Sequence record: SRR20825006_1360
DNA: 38,220 nt
Strand: one strand, 5' to 3'
Part shown: piece by piece, positions 27,775 to 37,122 of the stretch
Layout of the letters: each line of letters opens with the position of its first letter
Numbering within the stretch: position 1 is the stretch's first letter
The notes under the pieces: generated by a model
Database searches by the model: none
Seen by the model: the letters and a program-made list of their open reading frames with translations, nothing else
What the model was told of the DNA's origin: nothing
Program-made: the position numbers and the translations under genes

Positions 27775-28014
27775 TTACTCTGTGAGCCTATGGCTCACGC
27801 TCGCGTCAAGCGTGCACCCGTAGATATTCTTGAGCGCTGCGATCTTGGCGCGCGTCTCATTGGAGAACACCGGGTCATTGCCATCAAAAGCGTGCAGCAC
27901 GATGCCTTCAAGAAGGTCACCAAGGGACATGTCGAGATACTCCGCTGTGCCTTTGAGGACCTTCACCAGCTGCTTTTCCATGCGCACGCCAGTCTGTACC
28001 CGCTCGATCTTCAT
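27775..28014 (-). CDS. Small putative DNA-binding protein (ribbon-helix-helix-like)
   Basis: 79 aa; alternating beta pattern RVQTGVRM then two amphipathic helices (EKQLVKVLKGTAEYLD; SLGDLLEGIVLHAF); RBS AGAGAG. Confidence 0.75.
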   Translation of the reverse strand: MKIERVQTGVRMEKQLVKVLKGTAEYLDMSLGDLLEGIVLHAFDGNDPVFSNETRAKIAALKNIYGCTLDASVSHRLTE

Positions 28015-28037
28015 CGCTTTTTCGCTCTCTGTGAAAT

Positions 28038-28075
28038 AATGTTATCAATGTACCATGGTAACATTTTTATGACAA
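28038..28075 (-). promoter_or_regulatory. Sigma70-like promoter overlapped by an inverted-repeat operator
   Basis: Minus strand TTGTCA (28075-28070), 17 bp, TACATT (28052-28047); arms AATGTTATCA (28038-28047) / TGGTAACATT (28056-28065) match 9/10; perfect palindrome TACCATGGTA (28051-28060). Confidence 0.65.
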
Positions 28076-28172
28076 GAGGGTGACACTTGGATGTTAATCA
28101 GCCGAACATGCGCAGGCCTGTAACGTGGCGCATCGCACCGTTTTGAGACTTCGGATTTAAGAGGAAACCAGA

Positions 28173-28583
28173 TCAGAACGTCAGCCAGTCGCCGCCTTCG
28201 CCTTTTTCAATGATCTCGGCTAGACCACCAACCTCGACTTGAGGTCGCGCAATAAGAGTGGTGGGGTCAATATCATATTCACGCAGTGCACTGTCACACA
28301 CCACAAACCGCACATTCAGTGCCGCTATTCCGTCGAGCAGGACTTCTGTATCCGCCACACCGCGCGCATCAAGTGCCGCGTCCATCTCTGGTGCGGGTTC
28401 ACCTTCACTTGTTTGCATAGCTGCCCAGCCAGCCTTCACAACAAACCGCACCGCAGCCTTGGAAAAGAAGAAGGTAACGGGTCGTCCCATCGCGGCGGCC
28501 GTAGCGCCGGTCATTAGCGCCATATGAACACGTTCCGCCCCGGCAGAGATCATCATGAGTGTCATGGGGCGTTTACTGGCCAT
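28173..28583 (-). CDS. DsrE/DsrF-like (peroxiredoxin-like) protein
   Basis: ERVHMALMTGATAAAMGRPVTFFF...VRFVVC...VGGLAE...WLTF matches the DsrE/DrsE_2 pattern; abuts the moeB stop with no gap. Confidence 0.75.
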   Translation of the reverse strand: MASKRPMTLMMISAGAERVHMALMTGATAAAMGRPVTFFFSKAAVRFVVKAGWAAMQTSEGEPAPEMDAALDARGVADTEVLLDGIAALNVRFVVCDSALREYDIDPTTLIARPQVEVGGLAEIIEKGEGGDWLTF

Positions 28584-29345
28584 CTATTTCGCTCCGCAAC
28601 TTGGGCACGCCGGATCTTTAGGCAAGCCGATCTTGCGGACCATCATACTTTGCGCATCAACAAGCACCATCTTACCCGCAAGGCTTTCACCCGCACCGGT
28701 GATTTCTTTAAGTACCTCAAGCGCCTGCATAGTGCCAACCATACCCGCCACTGCTCCCAGTATACCGAAGTCAGCGCAGGTGCGCTCAGCATCTGCGCCC
28801 GGTGCTTCTGGCAGGAAACAGCGGTAACACGGCAACCCTTCGCCCGCATGAGGCTTAAAGGTGGCGAGCTGGCCTTCATATGGCCCAAGCGCTGCTGACA
28901 CGAGCGTTTTACCAAGCGTAACGCATGTGTCGCTCACAAGGTGCCTGGTTTTAAAGTTGTCAGTACCATCTGCAACGATGTCATAGGCGTCGATGATGTC
29001 CTGCGCGTTATCGTCCGTCAGCCGCACCGCATGGATGTCAATCTTCACGTCCGGGTTAAGCGCCGCGATCTTCTCAGCAGCACTCATTGCCTTCGCTTTC
29101 CCGATATCTTTTGTTGTGTGGATCACCTGCCGCTGCAGATTGGAAAGCTCAACCTTGTCGTCATCAACGATGCCAATAGTGCCAACGCCTGCCGCCGCCA
29201 GATAAAGCAGCATCGGTGCCCCAAGTCCACCGGCTCCTACTACAAGAACGCGCGCGCGCAAAAGCGCCATTTGCCCAGCGCCACCAACCTCCTTGAGGAT
29301 AATGTGGCGGGCGTATCGCTCCAGTTGTTCGTCGGTTAAATCCAT
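28584..29345 (-). CDS. moeB: Molybdopterin-synthase adenylyltransferase MoeB (ThiF/HesA family)
   Basis: ERYARHIIL, VGAGGLG, ELSNLQRQ, DGTDNF, PCYRC, RTCADFG, CPSC. Confidence 0.9.
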   Translation of the reverse strand: MDLTDEQLERYARHIILKEVGGAGQMALLRARVLVVGAGGLGAPMLLYLAAAGVGTIGIVDDDKVELSNLQRQVIHTTKDIGKAKAMSAAEKIAALNPDVKIDIHAVRLTDDNAQDIIDAYDIVADGTDNFKTRHLVSDTCVTLGKTLVSAALGPYEGQLATFKPHAGEGLPCYRCFLPEAPGADAERTCADFGILGAVAGMVGTMQALEVLKEITGAGESLAGKMVLVDAQSMMVRKIGLPKDPACPSCGAK

Positions 29346-29351
29346 TGCGGC

Positions 29352-29558
29352 CTAATTACCCAGGAAATCAACAATGTTGCCGAGCGCGCTGGTCTCCCCC
29401 CGGTAAAACTCGGTATAAGCGCACCGCCGACACGTCACGGCCGTGAACTTGCGGTTCTGCACGTTAAAAAACTTTGAAAGCCCACTCCCGGTCGCGGTAA
29501 TTTCATCAGTATCAAATTCAGTGTGTTCACACTTCGGACATTGCCACTGCTCAGCCAA
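29352..29558 (-). CDS. Zinc-ribbon domain protein
   Basis: CPKC...ATGSGLSKFFNVQN...CRRCAYTEFY; TTG start after AGGGG. Confidence 0.8.
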   Translation of the reverse strand: MAEQWQCPKCEHTEFDTDEITATGSGLSKFFNVQNRKFTAVTCRRCAYTEFYRGETSALGNIVDFLGN

Positions 29559-29569
29559 GACCGTTTCCC

Positions 29570-30031
29570 CTATTTTGTGCCTGTAGACCCAAAACCACCG
29601 GTACCGCGTTCAGTCTCATCGAGCACCTCAACTTCGACCCACTCACCCTGAGTAACAGGTGCAATAATCATCTGTGCGATGCGCATCCCACGCTCAACAG
29701 TGAATGGCTCGTTGGAGAGGTTGACGAGAATCACCTTCACTTCACCGCGGTAATCAGCATCAATTGTGCCTGGCGTGTTGAGGCAGGTGATGCCGTTTTT
29801 GGCCGCGAGACCGGAGCGCGGACGCACCTGCGCCTCAAAGCCGTTCGGCAGCGCCATGGCAAGGCCCGTTGGGACCATCGCGCGTTCAAGCGGTGCAAGC
29901 GTCACCGTTTCACCGTCCGCAAGAGCGGCATAGAGATCCATGCCGGCGCTTTGAGCGGTTTCATATTTTGGCAGTTTAAGGTCTGTCCCGTGAGGCAGCT
30001 TTACTACGTTGATCGCTACTTTCGCGCTCAT
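29570..30031 (-). CDS. dut: dUTP diphosphatase
   Basis: [39 protein letters not shown]. Confidence 0.97.
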   Translation of the reverse strand: MSAKVAINVVKLPHGTDLKLPKYETAQSAGMDLYAALADGETVTLAPLERAMVPTGLAMALPNGFEAQVRPRSGLAAKNGITCLNTPGTIDADYRGEVKVILVNLSNEPFTVERGMRIAQMIIAPVTQGEWVEVEVLDETERGTGGFGSTGTK

Positions 30032-30054
30032 AATCCCCTGATCCTTGATATCGA

Positions 30055-31257
30055 TTATTTTTTGAGTTTATCGGCAATTTTTTGGGCAAGCCTTATCGCC
30101 ACTTCAGTCTTTCCAAGCCGCGGCCAGCTCTCAACACCATCCGCTGATATGAGGTGCACCTCGTTTTCAAGGCCGCCCATGATGCCCGTGCCTCCGGACA
30201 CATCATTCGCCACGATAAGGTCACAGCCTTTGCGCTCACGTTTTGCGCTTGCATATTCAATGACATTCTCGGTTTCCGCCGCAAAGCCCACCACAAGGGC
30301 CGGACGACCCGTCGTCATACCAGCCAAGCCTTTCAGGATGTCCGGGTTTTCTGCGAAAGTGAACTGTGGCAAGCCTTCCTTGGATTTCTTGAGCTTCTGC
30401 GTACCGCCATTTTCAACGCGCCAGTCCGCGACCGCCGCAACGCATACCGCACCATCGGCTGGCAGAGCGGCCTGCACCGCCGCTTGCATTTCCAGCGCGG
30501 TTTCAACATCTATGCGCTGAACACCCACTGGTGTTTCCTCAGTGGTTGGCCCAGCCACAAGCGTGACCGAAGCCCCAAGGCCGGAAAGCGCTTCGGCTAT
30601 CGCAAAACCCTGCCGCCCGGATGATCGGTTCGCGATATAGCGAACGGGGTCGATCGGTTCATGGGTTGGCCCCGCCGTCACAATCAGATGTTTGCCAGCG
30701 AGAGGCTTCCCCACGCCACCAAAAAAAATCTCAACGGCAGCCACGATGTCCACCACTTCAGATAACCGCCCAGCACCCACTTCACCGCAAGCCAAAAGGC
30801 CCGCTTCCGGCCCCACCATTAAAATACCGTCACGCCTGAGAGTATCCACATTCCGGCGGGTGGCTTTATTGTCCCACATCTCGGCATTCATCGCAGGCGC
30901 GACCATCACTTGCTTGTCTGTCGCAAGCAAGATGGTAGACGCTAGGTCATTTGCTATGCCGTTGGCCATCTTTGCCATCAAGTCAGCGGTTGCCGGTGCA
31001 ACAATAACAAGATCTGCCTCCCGACTCAGGCGAATATGTCCCATCTCCGCCTCATCTTTGAGCGAAAACAGGTCCGTGTAACATTGATCCCCGGTCAGGC
31101 TCGCGACCGATAGTGGCGTGATAAACTGTTGGCCACCTGCGGTCAGCACACCGCGCACGCTGGCCCCGCGTTCCATCAAACGCCGCGCGAGGTCGAGCGA
31201 CTTGTAGGCCGCGACGCCGCCGCCAATGATCAGAAGTATGCGTTTGCCTTTGAGCAT
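30055..31257 (-). CDS. coaBC: Phosphopantothenoylcysteine decarboxylase / phosphopantothenate-cysteine ligase
   Basis: [55 protein letters not shown]. Confidence 0.97.
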   Translation of the reverse strand: MLKGKRILLIIGGGVAAYKSLDLARRLMERGASVRGVLTAGGQQFITPLSVASLTGDQCYTDLFSLKDEAEMGHIRLSREADLVIVAPATADLMAKMANGIANDLASTILLATDKQVMVAPAMNAEMWDNKATRRNVDTLRRDGILMVGPEAGLLACGEVGAGRLSEVVDIVAAVEIFFGGVGKPLAGKHLIVTAGPTHEPIDPVRYIANRSSGRQGFAIAEALSGLGASVTLVAGPTTEETPVGVQRIDVETALEMQAAVQAALPADGAVCVAAVADWRVENGGTQKLKKSKEGLPQFTFAENPDILKGLAGMTTGRPALVVGFAAETENVIEYASAKRERKGCDLIVANDVSGGTGIMGGLENEVHLISADGVESWPRLGKTEVAIRLAQKIADKLKK

Positions 31258-31357
31258 TTAGATGCGTCCATATGCCGGATTAACGTTTGATACTGTTCTG
31301 GATCATATAGGCATCTTTGTACGGTGCCGCAATCATTCCGCCTACCGTCAGCCTAAG

Positions 31358-31392
31358 AAAAAGGCGCCAATCCAAACGGAAAAGCGCCTTTT
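31358..31392 (-). terminator. Probable terminator downstream of DoxX
   Basis: AAAAGGCGC (31359-31367) / GCGCCTTTT (31384-31392) arms, with an inner TCC/GGA pair; T run follows on the minus strand. Confidence 0.6.
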
Positions 31393-31411
31393 ACCTGAAT
31401 TTTTCAGAGCA

Positions 31412-31807
31412 CTAGTCTGCAGAGATTTTTCTCGAATCCAAGCTGTATCCACCGGCGCCTGCCACCATCAACATCAGGTATCCGCCGGCCATGGTGAAGT
31501 TTTTCATGAACATGCCTGCTTGCATGGGGTCCGCAAAATTCATGTGAAACAGCAGGGCGGAAAGGCCGCAGAAGCCTGCAAGCAATAAGGCTACTATGCG
31601 GGTCTGAAACCCGATCAGAACAGCAATACCCGCCAGAAGCTCAAACAAGGCTGTTGGCCAGAACAGGAAGCCCGGCACGCCCATCGATTCCATATATTGC
31701 ATGGTACCTGCGACGTCGCCTGTGATTTTATTCAGGCCCGCCATGATGAAAATAACGGCCAGAAGAACACGCCCCACGATGTGGGCCAAAGGTATGAATT
31801 TTTCCAT
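31412..31807 (-). CDS. DoxX family membrane protein
   Basis: GRVLLAVIFIMAGLNKI...GFQTR...FH...KNFTMAGG...GAGGYSLD; ATG 31807 after GGAGG. Confidence 0.9.
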   Translation of the reverse strand: MEKFIPLAHIVGRVLLAVIFIMAGLNKITGDVAGTMQYMESMGVPGFLFWPTALFELLAGIAVLIGFQTRIVALLLAGFCGLSALLFHMNFADPMQAGMFMKNFTMAGGYLMLMVAGAGGYSLDSRKISAD

Positions 31808-31868
31808 GGTTACCTCCCCTAACGGAAACATTGAGTCTCCCTCAATTCCCGGTGACGCGCAAGAGGAC

Positions 31869-33401
31869 TTAAGAGGTAAGGATTTTCACCAGAACCGCAC
31901 CCACAAGAAGGCCAAACCCAAACGGATATATTCGCGAGGGTCGCTTTTGCGGTACAGGCCGGTCCAGGCCCGTGTCCCGCCTCGGCTCGCCTTCATCATT
32001 TAGCCAGCGCTCAAGGCGCGCCGGGAGGCGCTCAACAAGAAGGGGTAGATTATTGATCGCATCTGCGAGGCGGGCCTCGGGTGAGAGGTTGGTGCGTATC
32101 CACGCTTCGATAACCGGCTCTGATATCTGCCACATGTTGGCTTGCGGGTTCAGGTGAAGCGCCATACCCTCAGCCATCACCATCGTACGTTGCAACAGAA
32201 GCAACTGGGGCTGGGTTTCCATAGAGAATCGTGCGGTTGTGGCAAAAAGCTGGGCAAGCAATTGCCCCGCAGAAATTTCCTCAACCGGCAAGTCCATAAT
32301 GGGGTCTGCGATAGAACGCAGCGCCTGCGCAAACTCTTCAAGGCTTTGGTCTTTAGCTACATAACCCGCGTCGAAGTGGATCTGGGCAACGCGACGGTAA
32401 TCTCGCTTGATGAAACCATAGAGAATTTCAGCCAGGAACCGCCGTTCTTCTGCAGACAGGCGCCCCATAATGCCAAAGTCAACTGCAACGATGGTGCTAT
32501 CCTGCTGCACCAGAAGATTGCCCTGATGCAGGTCCGCGTGAAAATACCCGTCACGAAGAGCCTGAGTGAGAAACACCTGTACAACCCGCTCACCAAGTAC
32601 TGGCAAATCATGCCCCGCGGCTTCCAGCGCGGCTTTGTCCACGAGGCGGATACCGTCGACCCACTCAAGCGTCAGGACGCTCTTGCTGGTCAGCTCCCAC
32701 TCCACGGCTGGCAACCTGTATCCCGCTTCGCCGGACATATTCTCCGAAAGCTCAGCCGCTGCGGCAGCTTCCAGCCGGAAGTCCATCTCGCGCAGCACCG
32801 TTTCTCTGATCTTGTCCACTATTTTGCCGAGCCTCAGGCGGCGCGCCTCACGCACCTTGGCTTCAGCTACACCCGCCAGCCACTCGAAAAGACTGAGGTC
32901 ACGGGTAAATCGCTGCACGATATCGGGCCGCAACACCTTCACTGCCACCGGCTTACCAGCCGTGGTGACAGCCTTGTGGACCTGCGCGATAGACGCCGCA
33001 GCTATCGGTGTGTCATCAAACTCCTGAAAATGATCCGTCAGCGTTCCACCGAGCTCTGTTTCGATAATCGCTCTCGCGGCCTTGAACGGGAAAGGCGGTA
33101 GGTTGTCCTGGAGCGTTGTCAAGCCGTCTGCAATCGGGCGGCCAACAAGATCAGGGCGTGTCGCCAATGTTTGACCGAGCTTGATGTAAGCTGGCCCCAT
33201 CGCAGCAAGAGCAGCCGCCAAACGTTCGCCATCAGTTACCGGTAGGTTCCGTTTGCGAGGAATATAAAAGGTGGTAACGCGCAACAGTCGTGGTGCCCAT
33301 GCAGGCACCAGATCAATGCCGGAAAGCGCACGAATAGCACCAAAACGACGGAGCCCCGCCGCGAGCTGGAAAAGCTGGATAAGATGCCAAAATGTACGCA
33401 C
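31869..33401 (-). CDS. ubiB: Ubiquinone biosynthesis kinase-like protein UbiB
   Basis: GPAYIKLGQTLATRPD, AAASIAQVH, VAVKVLRP, FHADLHQGN, DFGIMG; directly downstream of ubiE. Confidence 0.95.
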   Translation of the reverse strand: MRTFWHLIQLFQLAAGLRRFGAIRALSGIDLVPAWAPRLLRVTTFYIPRKRNLPVTDGERLAAALAAMGPAYIKLGQTLATRPDLVGRPIADGLTTLQDNLPPFPFKAARAIIETELGGTLTDHFQEFDDTPIAAASIAQVHKAVTTAGKPVAVKVLRPDIVQRFTRDLSLFEWLAGVAEAKVREARRLRLGKIVDKIRETVLREMDFRLEAAAAAELSENMSGEAGYRLPAVEWELTSKSVLTLEWVDGIRLVDKAALEAAGHDLPVLGERVVQVFLTQALRDGYFHADLHQGNLLVQQDSTIVAVDFGIMGRLSAEERRFLAEILYGFIKRDYRRVAQIHFDAGYVAKDQSLEEFAQALRSIADPIMDLPVEEISAGQLLAQLFATTARFSMETQPQLLLLQRTMVMAEGMALHLNPQANMWQISEPVIEAWIRTNLSPEARLADAINNLPLLVERLPARLERWLNDEGEPRRDTGLDRPVPQKRPSRIYPFGFGLLVGAVLVKILTS

Positions 33402-33421
33402 GCTGGTCCCCTTCGTCGCCG

Positions 33422-34228
33422 TTACAGCCGCGTGCCGCTATGAATGGCAACAACACCTGCAGACATTGTCCGCCACGATACGCGGCCAAAACCAGCCGCT
33501 TTGATCATCTCGGCGAACCGTGGCGGACTTGGGAAGCGCCGGATCGATTCGACAAGATATTGATAGCTGTCAGCATCACCCGTGATCACCTCACCCATTT
33601 TCGGGATCATGTTAAAACTGTAGGCATCATAGCCCTGCTGCAACACCGGCACGACCTGCGGGCTAAACTCAAGGCAGAAGAATTTGGCACCCGGCTTCAA
33701 AACTCTGTAAGCCTCAACGAGCGCTTCTTCAACACGGGTCACGTTCCGAATGCCGAAGGCGATTGTGTAGGCATCCTTTGAGCGGCTTTCAAACGGCAGC
33801 TTCTGCGCATCCCCGCAAACAAATTCTGCGCGGTCTCCATAGCCCTGTTCTTCAGCCCGCACACGGCCAACCCGCAGCATTTCCGCATTGATATCGCAGA
33901 CAGCTACGTTACCGCCCCTTGAGGCCTCAAGAAAACGGAAAGCTATATCGCCCGTGCCGCCAGCAACATCCAGCAGGTGCATGTCTGGTCGCGGGTTAAG
34001 GCTATCGATCAGTGAGTTTTTCCACAGTCGGTGAACGCCCGCGCTCATCACGTCGTTCATGATGTCATAGCGATCCGCGACCGAATTGAAAACACCGCGA
34101 ACGAGCGACGCCTTTTCACTTTCTTCAACAGTCTTGAAACCAAAATGCGTTGTGGTCGCTTCACCACCAGCCATATCTGCTACCGGTTTCTTCGCGTTGC
34201 TCACTGTCTCTTTGTTGCCGCTTGACAT
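33422..34228 (-). CDS. ubiE: Ubiquinone/menaquinone C-methyltransferase UbiE
   Basis: [49 protein letters not shown]. Start placed at ATG 34228 (exact start uncertain); the longer 34639 start would overlap mutM. Confidence 0.93.
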   Translation of the reverse strand: MSSGNKETVSNAKKPVADMAGGEATTTHFGFKTVEESEKASLVRGVFNSVADRYDIMNDVMSAGVHRLWKNSLIDSLNPRPDMHLLDVAGGTGDIAFRFLEASRGGNVAVCDINAEMLRVGRVRAEEQGYGDRAEFVCGDAQKLPFESRSKDAYTIAFGIRNVTRVEEALVEAYRVLKPGAKFFCLEFSPQVVPVLQQGYDAYSFNMIPKMGEVITGDADSYQYLVESIRRFPSPPRFAEMIKAAGFGRVSWRTMSAGVVAIHSGTRL

Positions 34229-34334
34229 CTGCCATGTACCTTGTTGCTTTACATGCGCTAAATTTGGCGGACCATAGCGCAGCACACGCTTAAAATACCA
34301 GTATCCTTTTACATATAGAAATGATCGCGACAAA

Positions 34335-35171
34335 ATGCCCGAATTACCTGAAGTAGAAACTGTCCGCCGTGGCCTCGCGCCCGTACTTGAGGGTGTCGTG
34401 ATAAAAAGTGCGGTTGCCCGGCGCCCGGACCTGCGCATCCCCATCCCTTTAGACTTCAGTGCGCGGCTCACGGATAACAAGGTTGAAAGGCTCACCCGCC
34501 GGTCCAAATACATCCTTATCGAATGCACGGACGGCCTTATTGTCATACTGCATCTGGGCATGTCGGGCCGGGTGACAATTACTCCCGCTGGCGCTGATGT
34601 GCCTGAACCGGGAAAACACGACCATATCATTCTCGTCACAGAGCGCGGCGATCATATCTTCTACAATGACACCCGCCGCTTTGGCATGGTTACCTTCACC
34701 ACGTCGGAAGATATGGCGACCCACCCACTTATAAAGAACATCGGGCCAGAACCGCTTGGAAACGCGTTCAACACTGACGTACTGAATGAAGGCCTCACGG
34801 GGCGCAAAAGCAGCATCAAGGCTGCGCTGCTTGACCAAAAGCTGGTTGCAGGCCTTGGCAATATATATGTGTGCGAAGCTTTGTGGCGGGCTGGCATTCA
34901 CCCTGCGCGCACTGCGCACTCTGTAACCGGAGAGGGCGCTTCAAGGCTCGTCCCCGTTATCCGGGATGTGCTGAATGAAGCGATCGAAGCCGGTGGCTCC
35001 ACCCTCAAGGACTATGCCCGCACTGACGGAGAGCTCGGATATTTCCAGCACAGCTTCAAAGCCTATGGCCGTGAAGGCGAGGGCTGTTCTAAGCCGGGAT
35101 GTGGTGGTACGGTCGAGCGAATCGTTCAGCAAGGGCGCTCCAGCTTCTTCTGCGGCACCTGTCAAAGCTAG
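34335..35171 (+). CDS. mutM: Formamidopyrimidine-DNA glycosylase
   Basis: MPELPEVE N-terminus, [21 protein letters not shown]-terminal zinc finger CSKPGC...CGTCQ. Confidence 0.97.
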   Translation: MPELPEVETVRRGLAPVLEGVVIKSAVARRPDLRIPIPLDFSARLTDNKVERLTRRSKYILIECTDGLIVILHLGMSGRVTITPAGADVPEPGKHDHIILVTERGDHIFYNDTRRFGMVTFTTSEDMATHPLIKNIGPEPLGNAFNTDVLNEGLTGRKSSIKAALLDQKLVAGLGNIYVCEALWRAGIHPARTAHSVTGEGASRLVPVIRDVLNEAIEAGGSTLKDYARTDGELGYFQHSFKAYGREGEGCSKPGCGGTVERIVQQGRSSFFCGTCQS

Positions 35172-35209
35172 GGCTGGGCCTGAAGCTTTACCTGTTAACA
35201 GAGGATCTT

Positions 35210-35566
35210 ATGCGACACGTTGCTCTACTCCTGTTCTGCTTTGCATCAGCCGCTAGTGCCGAGGATGTATTCATAGAGGGCCTGCCCGATGTGCCGCAGC
35301 TATCCATGGTGACATCGATTGACGGCGAGCCCGTTATTTTCGACACGCCTAGTGGCACTGTCGCTGAGTTTGTCTTGAACCTGAGCGTCACAACTTCGGC
35401 CGCGCTTCAGGCCTATAATGAAGCACTCACCGGCCTCGGCTGGGCCTGTACATCAAGTACAAGTGACATGACCTGTGCGCGGGAAGAGAATCGCCTGGTC
35501 TTCTCAACACCGAAAGACGGCGCAAACACCAAGCGCATCATCTTGCGCCTCGAACCCCAGGAATGA
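35210..35566 (+). CDS. Small exported hypothetical protein
   Basis: ATG 35210 after GAGGA; signal MRHVALLLFCFASAASA; FIEGLPDVP...FDTPSG...YNEALTGLGW...REENRL. Confidence 0.75.
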   Translation: MRHVALLLFCFASAASAEDVFIEGLPDVPQLSMVTSIDGEPVIFDTPSGTVAEFVLNLSVTTSAALQAYNEALTGLGWACTSSTSDMTCAREENRLVFSTPKDGANTKRIILRLEPQE

Positions 35567-35669
35567 CCATATCTTCCCGCTTTTCGGCCCTCTCGCATAA
35601 AGGTCTTTTCAAACAGGCGTGAGCGCAGTAGGAGTCTCGACCGAGATCGGATCAAGAAAAGGCTGATTG

Positions 35670-36446
35670 ATGACTTTTGAAACGATTCTGCTCGATAAGC
35701 AGGAAGGGGTTGGGCTGATCACGCTTAACCGCCCCGACGCACTCAATGCGCTTAATAGCACGTTGCTGAGCGAACTGGGGGAAGCGCTTCTCGCGCTAGA
35801 TGCAGATGATGATGTGGGCGCAATTGTCGTGACAGGCAGCGAAAAAGCTTTCGCAGCAGGCGCAGACGTCAAACAAATGGCTGAACTGACGTTTGCTGAC
35901 GTTGCGAAGAACGACATGTTTGGCAATATCAACGGTGTGTTTGCGCGCGTGCGCAAACCTGTGATTGCTGCGGTAAGCGGTTATGCGCTTGGTGGCGGTT
36001 GCGAGATTGCTATGGCATGTGATTTCATTATCGCCGCTGAAAATGCCAAGTTTGGCCAACCCGAAATCAAGCTTGGTGTGATTCCGGGCATTGGTGGTTC
36101 ACAGCGCCTCACACGCATCGTGGGCAAATCCAAGGCTATGGATATGATGCTCACCGGACGCATGATGGACGCGGTTGAGGCAGAACGTTCAGGGCTTGTA
36201 AGCCGCATTCTTCCAACGGAAGACATGCTGGACGGCGCTCTGGAAGTCGCCGGTGCTATCGCAGGCCTATCCACCCCAAGTGTTGCGCTGGCAAAAGAAG
36301 CGACCAATCGTGCGCTTGAAACCAGTTTGGCCGAAGGCCTCTTGTTTGAGCGCCGGGCTTTCCATTCGCTGTTTGCAACGGAAGACCAGAAAGAAGGCAT
36401 GAACGCCTTCATCGAGAAACGCCAGCCGCAGTTCAAAAACTGCTAA
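35670..36446 (+). CDS. Enoyl-CoA hydratase (crotonase)
   Basis: [46 protein letters not shown] 35670 (TTG 35667 is an alternative). Confidence 0.95.
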   Translation: MTFETILLDKQEGVGLITLNRPDALNALNSTLLSELGEALLALDADDDVGAIVVTGSEKAFAAGADVKQMAELTFADVAKNDMFGNINGVFARVRKPVIAAVSGYALGGGCEIAMACDFIIAAENAKFGQPEIKLGVIPGIGGSQRLTRIVGKSKAMDMMLTGRMMDAVEAERSGLVSRILPTEDMLDGALEVAGAIAGLSTPSVALAKEATNRALETSLAEGLLFERRAFHSLFATEDQKEGMNAFIEKRQPQFKNC

Positions 36447-36504
36447 AGGCGGAATGAGCCGGGTGGAAGACCAGCAAGACCCTAAGTTTTATGGCCTTCC
36501 CCTA

Positions 36505-36533
36505 TTGACGCACGGTACGAAGCGGTATATAGA
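36505..36533 (+). promoter_or_regulatory. Sigma70-type promoter of rpsT
   Basis: TTGACG (36505-36510), 17 bp, TATAGA (36528-36533); the missing -7 T is common in alphaproteobacterial promoters. Confidence 0.6.
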
Positions 36534-36652
36534 CCCGACCTCGAATTCAATAGCGGTCGCGCCTAATTTGCTTGCGGCCCTAGAACGATAGAAAATGTGG
36601 ACGTGTCGCGCTGGACGGTTTTTGAGGCGCAGTCCTAAAAAGGTTAGAAGAA

Positions 36653-36916
36653 ATGGCAAATTCAGTACAAGCCAAGAAACGCATTCGTCAAAACGAACGT
36701 CGCCGCGTGATCAACAAGTCCCGCGTTAGCCGTATCCGCACCTTTGTTCGCAAAGTGGAAGAAGCGATTGCAGCTGGCGATAAATCTGCGGCTGGTGAAG
36801 CACTTAAGAGCGCACAGCCAGAAATCATGCGCGGCGTAACAAAAGGCGTTCTCCACAAGAAAACGGCTTCCCGCAAAGTTTCTCGTCTGTCTGCTCGCGT
36901 TAAAGCGCTCGCATAA
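36653..36916 (+). CDS. rpsT: 30S ribosomal protein S20
   Basis: [13 protein letters not shown]...[16 protein letters not shown]. Confidence 0.98.
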   Translation: MANSVQAKKRIRQNERRRVINKSRVSRIRTFVRKVEEAIAAGDKSAAGEALKSAQPEIMRGVTKGVLHKKTASRKVSRLSARVKALA

Positions 36917-36961
36917 ATCAGATTTGACCGATTCGCCGAGCTTCACGCCCGGCACGAGTTG

Positions 36962-36994
36962 AAAAAAGCTGCACCCTTCCGGTGCGGCTTTTTT
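36962..36994 (+). terminator. Rho-independent (potentially bidirectional) terminator of rpsT
   Basis: AAAAAAGCTGCACC-CTTCC-GGTGCGGCTTTTTT. Confidence 0.88.
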
Positions 36995-37092
36995 ATTGTA
37001 TACAAACCGAAGAACAAACCATGCACACCCAGAGGCATGAAAGCGGCATGAATCAAGATATTGTGTACCGCTCTGAATCGCGCCATAGGGCT

Positions 37093-37122
37093 TTGAATTT
37101 TATTCCTGTCAAGCGATAGAAT
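37093..37122 (+). promoter_or_regulatory. Candidate sigma70 promoter of dnaA
   Basis: TTGAAT (37093-37098), 18 bp, TAGAAT (37117-37122); the -10 element overlaps a GANTC site. Confidence 0.5.

Noticed and set aside
34229-34639. 137-aa N-terminal extension of ubiE in the ORF track
   Set aside because: It overlaps mutM on the opposite strand; UbiE similarity begins only near THFGF.
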